In this document: positions 36,169 through 44,724 of the stretch, piece by piece
How the letters are laid out: each line of letters begins with the position of its first letter
How positions within the stretch are numbered: the first letter of the stretch is position 1
DNA from: an uncultured Alphaproteobacteria bacterium
GTDB lineage: Bacteria; Pseudomonadota; Alphaproteobacteria; Methylaequorales; Methylaequoraceae
Assembly (NCBI GenBank): GCA_902524895.1
Contig: CABZFH010000004.1
Span: 66,987 to 130,986 of the forward strand
Direction: 5' to 3'
Length of the DNA stretch: 64,000 nt
The notes under the pieces: generated by a model
Database searches by the model: none
Seen by the model: the letters and a program-made list of their open reading frames with translations, nothing else
What the model was told of the DNA's origin: nothing
Made by a program: the position numbers and the translations under genes

Positions 36169-37885
36169 TAGTTTCTCCTTTTTGTCTTAGTTTTATGAAT
36201 ATACCCATGATCAGTACAGCTAATATAGGACAAATACTTGCCATTGACAAAATACCAAATCCCTCGGTAGCAGAAACAGCATTTCCTAATCCTAACCCCA
36301 TTGCCAATACTAATGGTACAGTGACAGGTCCAGTTGTTACTCCTGCGCTATCCCATGCAACATTCACAAATTCTTCTGTAGAAAAATATGTCAAAATAAT
36401 TGCAGTCAAATAAAGAGGTATTAATAACATTGCAAGATCAAAATTAAAAATTATCTTTCCAACGCCTAGTGCAATTCCAAAAGCTACACCACTTGCAACA
36501 CTATACATCAACATTGCTTTTCTAAACGCACCATTTGTTAGATCTTGTACCGTTGCGCCTAATGCATTTAAAGCTGGTTCAGCTAATGTTGATCCAAATC
36601 CAAGTATCCAGGCGAATATTATAACAATTGAAAGTCCTAATGACTTGTTATAAATAGGCGAGATATCACTAGAATCAATTTTCATAAATGCTGCAGGTAA
36701 AATATCACCTGCTTGACCTCCTATTGCTCCTAATCCATAGGTCAAACCCAAGTTAAATATGCACATACCAATTATTGATAATGTTAATCCATAACCAGTT
36801 ACTAAATTATTAGGTAATTTAGACTTAAGAATAATGAATAAGACAAACATTAAAAAAATTACTAGTGGAAGAATTGATTGAATTCCTGCAAGAATTTCAA
36901 TAAATGGTGTTTGATTCCATTTTGATTCTTCAAGTCCTTGAAACGTGGAATTAGAAGTAGTCAACAAAGCCGCATCAATAATTTCCTGAGGTGATGATTG
37001 AAGCGAAACAAAAATTGATAAAATTAAAACTGCTATTATAGGAAATATAGATGCTAGAGTTACAACACCAAAACCAGATAGTGATGAATCACCTTTTCCT
37101 GCAGAAGCAGCTATACCGATTCCTAAAGATAAGACAAGAGGAACAGTTACCGGACCAGTTGTAACTGCTCCGCAATCCCATGCTAAACCAAGAATTGTTC
37201 TCAAATCTGGATTATTCCATGCATATAAAGTTAAAAGAATGGCAGGTATGAGAGAAAGATATATCATTGGTTTTAACGACCACCCTCTGACAAACCTCAA
37301 AGTTCCAAGAACTGCAGCTAAACCAACTCCAGCTCCAACCATTAGAACTAGTGGTTGGGTCCAGTTATTTAAAAGCTCATACAAATATGGCGCTTTTGCT
37401 ACATCAATTCCCCCGCCAAATGCCTGTAATGCCCCAATTGCGGGTTCAGCGAAGGTGACACCAACTCCTAATATTGCAATTATTAAAAGCACAACCCCCA
37501 TAGAAGCTTTTTTTGGTAAGTTATCACCAATTATTGTGCCAAATGGCATAAGACCAACTTTGAGTCCTTCCATAAAAACTGCAAGTCCAATAATAACTGC
37601 AACTAATCCTAAACCTATAATTGTTGCTTCTTGAATCGGTTGCCTTAATATTAGTAACTGAAAAATAAATAAGTAGGCTGCTAATGGCATCACAGCTTTT
37701 ATCTGTTCAAATATTCTTGATGAAGTATATGGTATTAATAAATTTAAGGCTTTAAAAAACCCTATATTTATCTTTTCCGGTTTTAGAGCTAATTTTCCAG
37801 ATTTTTCTGGTTTTGGGGTAAGTATGTTATAACTTATTGATCTATGTCTAATCTCAGATTCATGAACAAAATCAGAATACTTCAT
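36161..37885 (-). CDS. DUF1538-family integral membrane protein (two internal repeats)
   Basis: The internal duplication is visible: AWDCGAVTTGPVTVPLVLSLGIGIA and AWDSAGVTTGPVTVPLVLAMGLGLG. More than 12 TM helices. Confidence 0.6.
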   Translation of the reverse strand: MKYSDFVHESEIRHRSISYNILTPKPEKSGKLALKPEKINIGFFKALNLLIPYTSSRIFEQIKAVMPLAAYLFIFQLLILRQPIQEATIIGLGLVAVIIGLAVFMEGLKVGLMPFGTIIGDNLPKKASMGVVLLIIAILGVGVTFAEPAIGALQAFGGGIDVAKAPYLYELLNNWTQPLVLMVGAGVGLAAVLGTLRFVRGWSLKPMIYLSLIPAILLTLYAWNNPDLRTILGLAWDCGAVTTGPVTVPLVLSLGIGIAASAGKGDSSLSGFGVVTLASIFPIIAVLILSIFVSLQSSPQEIIDAALLTTSNSTFQGLEESKWNQTPFIEILAGIQSILPLVIFLMFVLFIILKSKLPNNLVTGYGLTLSIIGMCIFNLGLTYGLGAIGGQAGDILPAAFMKIDSSDISPIYNKSLGLSIVIIFAWILGFGSTLAEPALNALGATVQDLTNGAFRKAMLMYSVASGVAFGIALGVGKIIFNFDLAMLLIPLYLTAIILTYFSTEEFVNVAWDSAGVTTGPVTVPLVLAMGLGLGNAVSATEGFGILSMASICPILAVLIMGIFIKLRQKGETNG

Positions 37886-37954
37886 AACATTTCAATAGTA
37901 TTACAAATCTTTATTAATTCAATCTTTTTAAATTAAAAGAAAATACATCAAAAA

Positions 37955-38392
37955 CTATGAATAGATCATTTGTGCTAGCCTATGGTGAAGTTGTAAAGCT
38001 AATGCTCTAATGACATTTGGTTCATCCTTGACTAATTTTTTAAGATTATCACTTGAAATTGGAAGATTGTAATCTGAGTTTTTTGCTAACTCAATTGCAA
38101 ACTCTTTAATTAGTTTGTGGAGTTCAAGGCTCGAAGATAACAACAATTCATTTAAGGCAGAAGGTTTTATCTCAACAATTTCAGCAGGTGTAACAGCCTT
38201 TATACTAGCTTTTCTTTCTTCACCAAGAATAAGAGATAACTCTCCAAAAATTTCTCCCTCTGAAATTTTTCCAACCTTATCTCCATCCCTTTCAACATTG
38301 AATGATCCAGAAATAACCAGATAAGCTGCATCACCCTTGTCACCTTGTTTAAAAACAAATTGATCTGGTAAAATTTTTATTTTTGTTGTCAT
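37955..38392 (-). CDS. Stand-alone cyclic-nucleotide-binding domain protein
   Basis: CAP-effector-domain signature GEIFGELSLILGEERKASIKA. Confidence 0.8.
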   Translation of the reverse strand: MTTKIKILPDQFVFKQGDKGDAAYLVISGSFNVERDGDKVGKISEGEIFGELSLILGEERKASIKAVTPAEIVEIKPSALNELLLSSSLELHKLIKEFAIELAKNSDYNLPISSDNLKKLVKDEPNVIRALALQLHHRLAQMIYS

Positions 38393-38398
38393 TATTAA

Positions 38399-40756
38399 TC
38401 ATTTAGTAGTAGCAACAAAAACACCATCCCATATTTCAGGAGGGGGGTAGTTTTTGAAATCTATAATTCGTTTCTGAATAATACTATAATACTCTTTCAT
38501 TACTCCCTTCAATAGGTTTTCATTATTTTTTATAATTTTTAACGCTTCGTCCCAATTCTTATTAAAATAAAAATTTAAAAGATTTTCATGTTGTTCTTTA
38601 AAAAATTTAAATTCATTTTTATTTCTTAGTTCACTGTCTCCAAGAAGAGTAAATATAGAAACAGCTTCTTTTTTGCCTTTAACTGCGATTTTATCTAATT
38701 GCAAAGTAGCAAACTCGTGCTGAACTTCTGTATTGGTTTCTTCTCCGATAACTGTTTTTACTCCGTAACCTTTTGATTGTCCTTCAAGTCTTGATGCTAA
38801 ATTAACAGAGTCGCCTAATACTGAATAATCAAATCTTTGATCAGAGCCCATATTACCTACTACACATTCTCCTGTATTAATACCAATCCCAATTTTTAAT
38901 TCTAGATATTCTATTTTTGCAACTTTAGCTTCTTTTTCCCTCTGTTCATTTAATTTTTTTAGTTCTTCATGCATCTCCAAAGTTGCCGTACATGCTTGAG
39001 ATTCATGATCTTTTGAATTAAGTGGTGCATTCCAAAATGCCATTATACAGTCTCCCATGTATTTATCTATTGTTCCATTGTGAGAAATAATTTTGTCTGT
39101 CAAAGGTGTTAAAAATCTATTTATCAATTTTGTAAGTCCTTGAGGATCAGATTTAAATAATTCAGAAATTGCTGTAAACCCTCTTACATCACAAAAGAGA
39201 AATGTCATTTTTTTAGTTTCACCCCCCAATTTTAGCTTATTTGGATCTGCTGCTAATTGTTCTACGAGTGCTGGTGATAAGTATTGAGAAAAAGCACCTC
39301 GAATTTGTTTTTTTTCGTTTGCATCTCTCAAATAATTTGCAAATGTAGTTGAAAAATAAATCATAAAACTCGATAGAGCAGCAAAAGTTGGATCGAAAAG
39401 TATTTTTTTATCAATATATAAACTTAAACTTATATAAAACGCTGCTCCAACGATTATACAAAAAAAAGAAATATTTAAAATAGGACCAAATTTGAATGAC
39501 GAAAATGTAAAAATTAAACCTAAAATTACAATGAACATTGATTCATAAAAAGGCATATTTACTCCTGATTTTAAAAACGGAGCTCCAATGATTTCTACTT
39601 TCTCAGCTTTTTTTATTGCCTCATTGGCGTCTAAACCTAACTTGAGTGAATTATCGTAAATTTCTTGAGATTTTTTTTTACTTGAATAATATAAAATTGC
39701 AGAAATAATTGTATCGATTAGATTAGCGTGAATTTCAACACCAGGCATTCTTTTGTCAACTGATGTGGGTTTAATGTCTTTAAGCCCAATTGCTGAAGTG
39801 CCTAAAATTCCTAGTTTTCCTTTGAGTCTTTCAGCCCCAACTTTGCCGCTAATTATATCAGAAGCGCTTACATAATATCTAGGGTTTTCAACATTTTGTT
39901 TGTCTGAGCTACCGTAATGAACCCAGACCCTTCCTTCAGCATCAGTTGGTATTGAGGCTTTACCAATTGCTTTTGTTTGAATTATAATTTCTTCAATTCC
40001 ATTAATGCCAGTTTTGCTTGCAATACTATTTCCTTGAAATGCAACTCGAATCATTTCTAGGGCTAAAGTTGGTCTAATTTTATTATCAATATTTGAAATT
40101 ATTGGTATTCTTCGAATAATTCCGTCAGGTTCTTCTGACAAAGAGATAATACCGGCTCCAGAACTAGCTTTTTCGAATGAAGGAACATTGGCAAGAAGGC
40201 CGGGGTATTTTTTTAACCATTTTTTTTTGGGATCTTCACCCAAAATCGCTTTAACAGAGGTATCTCTAACATCATTTCTTTTTGAATCTCCAATTTCATT
40301 CATAGCTGAATGACCTAAAACTACCGGTATCGTATTCATAGCACTAACGGCTATTTCCTCATTTGAAGGAAGTTCTAAAAGTTTTTTATGTAAATCGGGG
40401 TAATTATCTTTTAGGTTTTTTGCAATAAACTCTGGTGAGGTTCTATCCTTTTCAGAAAACAAAACATCTAAGCCAATAACTAACATACCAGCTTCACCAG
40501 ATTTTTTAAAAAGTTCTGCAAGGATATTTCTTGACCAAGGCCATTGACCAATTTCTTTTAGAGATTTTTCATCAATATCTATAATAACAGAGTAAGTATT
40601 TCCATTTGTTTCTCTTGGCTCATGCCTTTGCAGTACATCAAAATATTTTAAACGAAAAATTTCAATTAATTCTGGATCCGAAATTCTAATTCCACCGAAC
40701 AAAAAAGCTGAAAGAATCGCAAATAAACTTACAAGTGATCTAAATTTTAGTTTCAT
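38399..40756 (-). CDS. CHASE2-sensor class III adenylate/guanylate cyclase
   Basis: N-terminal TM plus a large extracytoplasmic domain and a TM cluster (CHASE2 architecture). Cyclase core: FLFCDVRGFTAISE, YMGDCIMAFWNAP, GINTGECVVGNMGS, YSVLGDSVNLASRLEG. Confidence 0.85.
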   Translation of the reverse strand: MKLKFRSLVSLFAILSAFLFGGIRISDPELIEIFRLKYFDVLQRHEPRETNGNTYSVIIDIDEKSLKEIGQWPWSRNILAELFKKSGEAGMLVIGLDVLFSEKDRTSPEFIAKNLKDNYPDLHKKLLELPSNEEIAVSAMNTIPVVLGHSAMNEIGDSKRNDVRDTSVKAILGEDPKKKWLKKYPGLLANVPSFEKASSGAGIISLSEEPDGIIRRIPIISNIDNKIRPTLALEMIRVAFQGNSIASKTGINGIEEIIIQTKAIGKASIPTDAEGRVWVHYGSSDKQNVENPRYYVSASDIISGKVGAERLKGKLGILGTSAIGLKDIKPTSVDKRMPGVEIHANLIDTIISAILYYSSKKKSQEIYDNSLKLGLDANEAIKKAEKVEIIGAPFLKSGVNMPFYESMFIVILGLIFTFSSFKFGPILNISFFCIIVGAAFYISLSLYIDKKILFDPTFAALSSFMIYFSTTFANYLRDANEKKQIRGAFSQYLSPALVEQLAADPNKLKLGGETKKMTFLFCDVRGFTAISELFKSDPQGLTKLINRFLTPLTDKIISHNGTIDKYMGDCIMAFWNAPLNSKDHESQACTATLEMHEELKKLNEQREKEAKVAKIEYLELKIGIGINTGECVVGNMGSDQRFDYSVLGDSVNLASRLEGQSKGYGVKTVIGEETNTEVQHEFATLQLDKIAVKGKKEAVSIFTLLGDSELRNKNEFKFFKEQHENLLNFYFNKNWDEALKIIKNNENLLKGVMKEYYSIIQKRIIDFKNYPPPEIWDGVFVATTK

Positions 40757-40762
40757 GAAAAA

Positions 40763-42478
40763 TTATGGTTCTGCAAAACTGTTACCTAATGTTCTTACTA
40801 AAGGATAAATAAAGTAGGTGATCAATCGTCTTTTTCCAACTTTAATCTTTCCCGATACTTTCATTCCTGGCATAATATTAAATCCTGGTGGTGTATCTTT
40901 TAGTAGATTCTCTGTTATTTCTGCTCTTGCTCTGTAGTAGTTTCCTGTTTGTCCGTCAACATTTTCATTTACTGTGTCTGCGGATATATAATTTATCTTT
41001 CCTTTCAGTTCTCCGTGTTTTTGAGCCGGAAGCGCACTTAATTGAATTTTTACAGATGTATCCGGAATTAATTTACTGATGTCAGAGGGATCAACATCAA
41101 AAACAGCAAGAAGTTCAACTCCAACAGGGACTAGAGTGACTACAGCATTTCCAGGATTAATAACTGCTCCCGGATAAAGTGAATGCAGATCAAGGACCAT
41201 TCCATCTGACGGTGCTTTGACAATTACATCCGTTTGCTGTCTATTAAGTTTTTTTATGTCTTCAACTAAAGCCATCTTCTGATCTTCAAGAGTTACAAGC
41301 TCATCATTAATTCCACCAAACCATTGACTCATATATTCTTCCTTACTGGATTTAAGTTCACTTAATTTGTTTGTTGTTTTGGTGTATTCTTTTTCCAAGG
41401 AAAGCGTTTTGTTTCTTTCACCAAGTACTTGTGCTTCAGGTACTAAGTCAAGTTTAAATAGGCTTTTTTTTGATGCCTCCAGTTGTTTTTGTATCTCTAA
41501 TTGTTCTGAAATAAACCTCAAATCGTCTTCTGTAGAAGCTATTTGTTTTTTTAAAGAAGCAGATTTAGCTAAAAATTGTTCTTTTTTATCTTTAAATATA
41601 GTGTTTTGTCTGCTATCGATTGGGTTTCCAACATTTTTATTATTTCTTAAATTTGACTGTTTCTTTAGCCTGTCTATTTTGGCCTCTATAACATTAAGTT
41701 GATAGTTTAATTTTCTTTTATCGGCCTTTTGAAGAATATCATCAAATATTACAAGAGATTCGCCTTCAGTAATCTTTTGTCCTTTTTTAACTAACACTTC
41801 TCTTACTACTGACTTATAATTTGATTGTACTTCAATGTTCGGTACAATTGTGGTAATTTTACCGGATGCTGACACTGATGTATCAATTACAGAAATCGAG
41901 CTCCACAGAATTAGGAAGAGAATTAAAAAACCTAAGGAAAAAATAGTATATTTCACTGGTTGGGGAACCTTTCTGCCTTTAATTCTTTCAATATCGGAAT
42001 CATATTCCTCTAATAATTCTCTCATTAAATCATTTTTTTTTCTTTCCTCTATTTGATCAGCAGTTAAATTATTTGAAATTTGTTCTTTATCTTCTTCTTC
42101 ATTTGAGGATTCAAAAGCATCAACTGTGAGTTTTTCATTGGCATTTCTTGCATAACCTGCAAGTTGCTGCATCATATTAAATGCTGTTTGAGGCGAGTTT
42201 TTTAAAAAAACTAAAAGCGCATTTTGATCTATCTCTTTTACTATAGTTTCTTTGGTAGCTCTTGCCATAGCACTTCTAGGTTGCCTATCAATTAGTGCCA
42301 TTTCACCAAACAAGGCACCTTTTTTTAACTTTGCAAGAGTTATATATTCGTCACCATTAAATTTGCAAATCTCAATTTCTCCACTAGAAACTTGATATGC
42401 AAAATCTCCAACTTCCCCCTCACGAAAAAGAACATCACCTGCTGCCAAACTTCTTAATTTAGGCTTATTTTCAGTCAT
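40763..42478 (-). CDS. HlyD-family membrane fusion protein with an N-terminal cNMP-binding domain
   Basis: Residues 1-~115 read GDVLFREGEVGDFAYQV...GALFGEMALIDRQPRSAMARA (CAP effector domain). One TM helix, a coiled coil and a HlyD barrel (MPGMKVSGKIKVGKRR) follow. Confidence 0.8.
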   Translation of the reverse strand: MTENKPKLRSLAAGDVLFREGEVGDFAYQVSSGEIEICKFNGDEYITLAKLKKGALFGEMALIDRQPRSAMARATKETIVKEIDQNALLVFLKNSPQTAFNMMQQLAGYARNANEKLTVDAFESSNEEEDKEQISNNLTADQIEERKKNDLMRELLEEYDSDIERIKGRKVPQPVKYTIFSLGFLILFLILWSSISVIDTSVSASGKITTIVPNIEVQSNYKSVVREVLVKKGQKITEGESLVIFDDILQKADKRKLNYQLNVIEAKIDRLKKQSNLRNNKNVGNPIDSRQNTIFKDKKEQFLAKSASLKKQIASTEDDLRFISEQLEIQKQLEASKKSLFKLDLVPEAQVLGERNKTLSLEKEYTKTTNKLSELKSSKEEYMSQWFGGINDELVTLEDQKMALVEDIKKLNRQQTDVIVKAPSDGMVLDLHSLYPGAVINPGNAVVTLVPVGVELLAVFDVDPSDISKLIPDTSVKIQLSALPAQKHGELKGKINYISADTVNENVDGQTGNYYRARAEITENLLKDTPPGFNIMPGMKVSGKIKVGKRRLITYFIYPLVRTLGNSFAEP

Positions 42479-42481
42479 AAA

Positions 42482-44641
42482 TTAAATCGCTTTTTTAATC
42501 TTTTGTTGATGAACACCTAACATATCGATCTGCTTATAATACGTATCTCTAAAAAAGCCACTTTGATTTAGTAATTCTTCAAAACCTCCTTCTTGCGAAA
42601 TGGTAGATTTTTCAAGTACAAAAATTTTATTACAAAGTCGAAGGTGCCATAATCTACTAGAGACAATTATAACTGTTCTTCCAACTGCGATATCCTCAAG
42701 TGCGTCATATAATTTTATTTCACTATCTACATCAAAACCACTGATAGCATCGTCAAATATTAGAATTCTTGGATTTCTGATAAGTGCTCTAGCTATTTGA
42801 AGTTTTTGTCTCATTCCTGTAGATAAATTTGCAGCATTTTCCTCTAAAACTGTTTCATATCCTTCAACGAAGTTCTCAATATCTTCATGAGCAGAAACCT
42901 TCTTTGCAGCCCAAATTATTCTATCCATAGAAGAATTTGGCATTGGTCTAGCAATATTCTCTCTTATTGTGCCTGGAAAAAAATAACTACTATCATCGAC
43001 AAGAGAAACTTGAGAACGTAGATGACTTAAATCTAAGAGTCTCAAATCACTGTTGTCGTATGAAATCATTCCAGACTTCGGTCTATACAAACCAACTAAT
43101 AATTTTGTAAGAGTACTCTTACCACACCCACTTTTGCCAGTTAATCCAATAACTTGTCTGGGATTAATATTTAAATTTATATTCTCAAGTATCTTGGTTT
43201 CATCATCATATCCAAAATCTAGATTTTTAACCGAAATTTGTCCCATTAGTTGAGGCTTTTGTCCTTTTGAAGTATTATCAGATGGGGCATCTATTATGCT
43301 TGATAGAATTTTAACTGAGTTGAGTAGTTTTCCTATTTCAGTTTTTAAAGTTACTAATGAAATAATCGGTGTAGAAACTCTAGATGCAAGCATATTAAAT
43401 CCTACAAGTATTCCAGCTGATAATCCACCAGCAAAAACTAAATGAACACCAACAAAAATAACCATTGCTGTCATTAGTTGATTAATAGTTGATGTCACAT
43501 TCTGAAGAATTGCATTTTTATGCTGAAGTTTTTCAGAAGAAATAATATAGTTTGCTTCAATATCTCTCCAAGCATCCTTAATACTTGGCTCGAGAGCTAA
43601 TCCTTTTACATTTTCTATTCCATGTACTGCAATTGAAACAAATTCTTGTCTTTTTGACTCGTCTTTACTCATTTCTATTGAAGCATCCCTTGATTTTTTT
43701 GAAAAATACATTGAGCTCAATGCTCCAGCAATGCTAAAAACCAAAACAACTGAAAATAAAACAGGACTATAAAAAAAAAGAATTGGAACAAAGACAACTA
43801 ATGCGATTGAATCTAATGCAGTTGAAAAAATTTTTTGTGTTAACAAATTTTTAATTAAACTAATTTGAGAAGTAAACTTTGCAAACATGTCCGATTCTTT
43901 GTTGTATCTTTGCATTGGTAGAGATAAAAGTTTATCAAACGCTTTTATAGACAACTTTGCTTCAACTTTTTGAGATAAGAAATCTAGTAAGTATAATTTT
44001 AGATATCCTAAAACCCCGTTGCACAGATATGCTACAACTACTCCGGAAGTAATAACATACAAAGTTGAATAAGCTTCATAATTTACAACTTTATCTAAGA
44101 CTAACATCATAAAAACTGCAGGAATCACTGCAAAAATATTTAAAATTAACGCCACCACAAGTAGTTGAACGATTACAGAACGATTTCTCAAACTTTCACC
44201 TATTAACCAAGATATTGAAAATTCGCTTGTTTCTTCAAAAAGTTTTAATTTAGGCTTAAGTAATATTAAATTTCCTAACCAAGCTTTTTTAAGTTCTTCA
44301 ATTGAAATTTGTTGAGGTTTTGGGTTTGGATTACCAGCATCTAAACATAACAAAAATTTTTCATCATTTTTTTTCAGCATTCTTAATCCAATAATATAAC
44401 GTCCATTCTTAAGCTTTAATATTTGTTGTTTTTTTTTTAACAATTCAGCTAATTCTTCAGCTTTGACTTGAACAGATTTGGCTTTTAGATCAAATGCATT
44501 TGCTAACTGACACATTTCTTCAGAGGTTAACTCTCTATTTTCAATTTGAAATTTTTCAGGTATATCATTGGGACCTACATGAATACCATATTGTCTTGAT
44601 ATTAAAATAATTGATTTTTGCGATCCTCTCAAAACAGTCAT
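42482..44641 (-). CDS. HlyB-type T1SS ABC transporter with an N-terminal C39-like domain lacking the catalytic Cys; non-canonical NBD motifs
   Basis: The C39-like N-terminus (~130 aa) has no Cys at the expected N-terminal position. Six TM helices. Walker A GKSGCGKST, Q-loop position LVDDSS (Asp for Gln), signature LSTGM, Walker B LIFDDA (Asp for Glu), H-loop position IVSSRL (Ser for His). Confidence 0.85.
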   Translation of the reverse strand: MTVLRGSQKSIILISRQYGIHVGPNDIPEKFQIENRELTSEEMCQLANAFDLKAKSVQVKAEELAELLKKKQQILKLKNGRYIIGLRMLKKNDEKFLLCLDAGNPNPKPQQISIEELKKAWLGNLILLKPKLKLFEETSEFSISWLIGESLRNRSVIVQLLVVALILNIFAVIPAVFMMLVLDKVVNYEAYSTLYVITSGVVVAYLCNGVLGYLKLYLLDFLSQKVEAKLSIKAFDKLLSLPMQRYNKESDMFAKFTSQISLIKNLLTQKIFSTALDSIALVVFVPILFFYSPVLFSVVLVFSIAGALSSMYFSKKSRDASIEMSKDESKRQEFVSIAVHGIENVKGLALEPSIKDAWRDIEANYIISSEKLQHKNAILQNVTSTINQLMTAMVIFVGVHLVFAGGLSAGILVGFNMLASRVSTPIISLVTLKTEIGKLLNSVKILSSIIDAPSDNTSKGQKPQLMGQISVKNLDFGYDDETKILENINLNINPRQVIGLTGKSGCGKSTLTKLLVGLYRPKSGMISYDNSDLRLLDLSHLRSQVSLVDDSSYFFPGTIRENIARPMPNSSMDRIIWAAKKVSAHEDIENFVEGYETVLEENAANLSTGMRQKLQIARALIRNPRILIFDDAISGFDVDSEIKLYDALEDIAVGRTVIIVSSRLWHLRLCNKIFVLEKSTISQEGGFEELLNQSGFFRDTYYKQIDMLGVHQQKIKKAI

Positions 44642-44670
44642 AATAAACGTATTATATAAGTTATTGGGTA

Positions 44671-44707
44671 AAAAAAAACCCTCTAAAAATTTTAGAGGGT
44701 TTTTTTT
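44671..44707 (-). terminator. Strong symmetric hairpin flanked by A and T runs (bidirectional rho-independent terminator or attenuator) between the substrate gene and the ABC gene
   Basis: AAAAAAAA-CCCTCTAAAA-A-TTTTAGAGGG-TTTTTTTT. Confidence 0.7.
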
Positions 44708-44724
44708 ATCAATGTAGTTATTTA

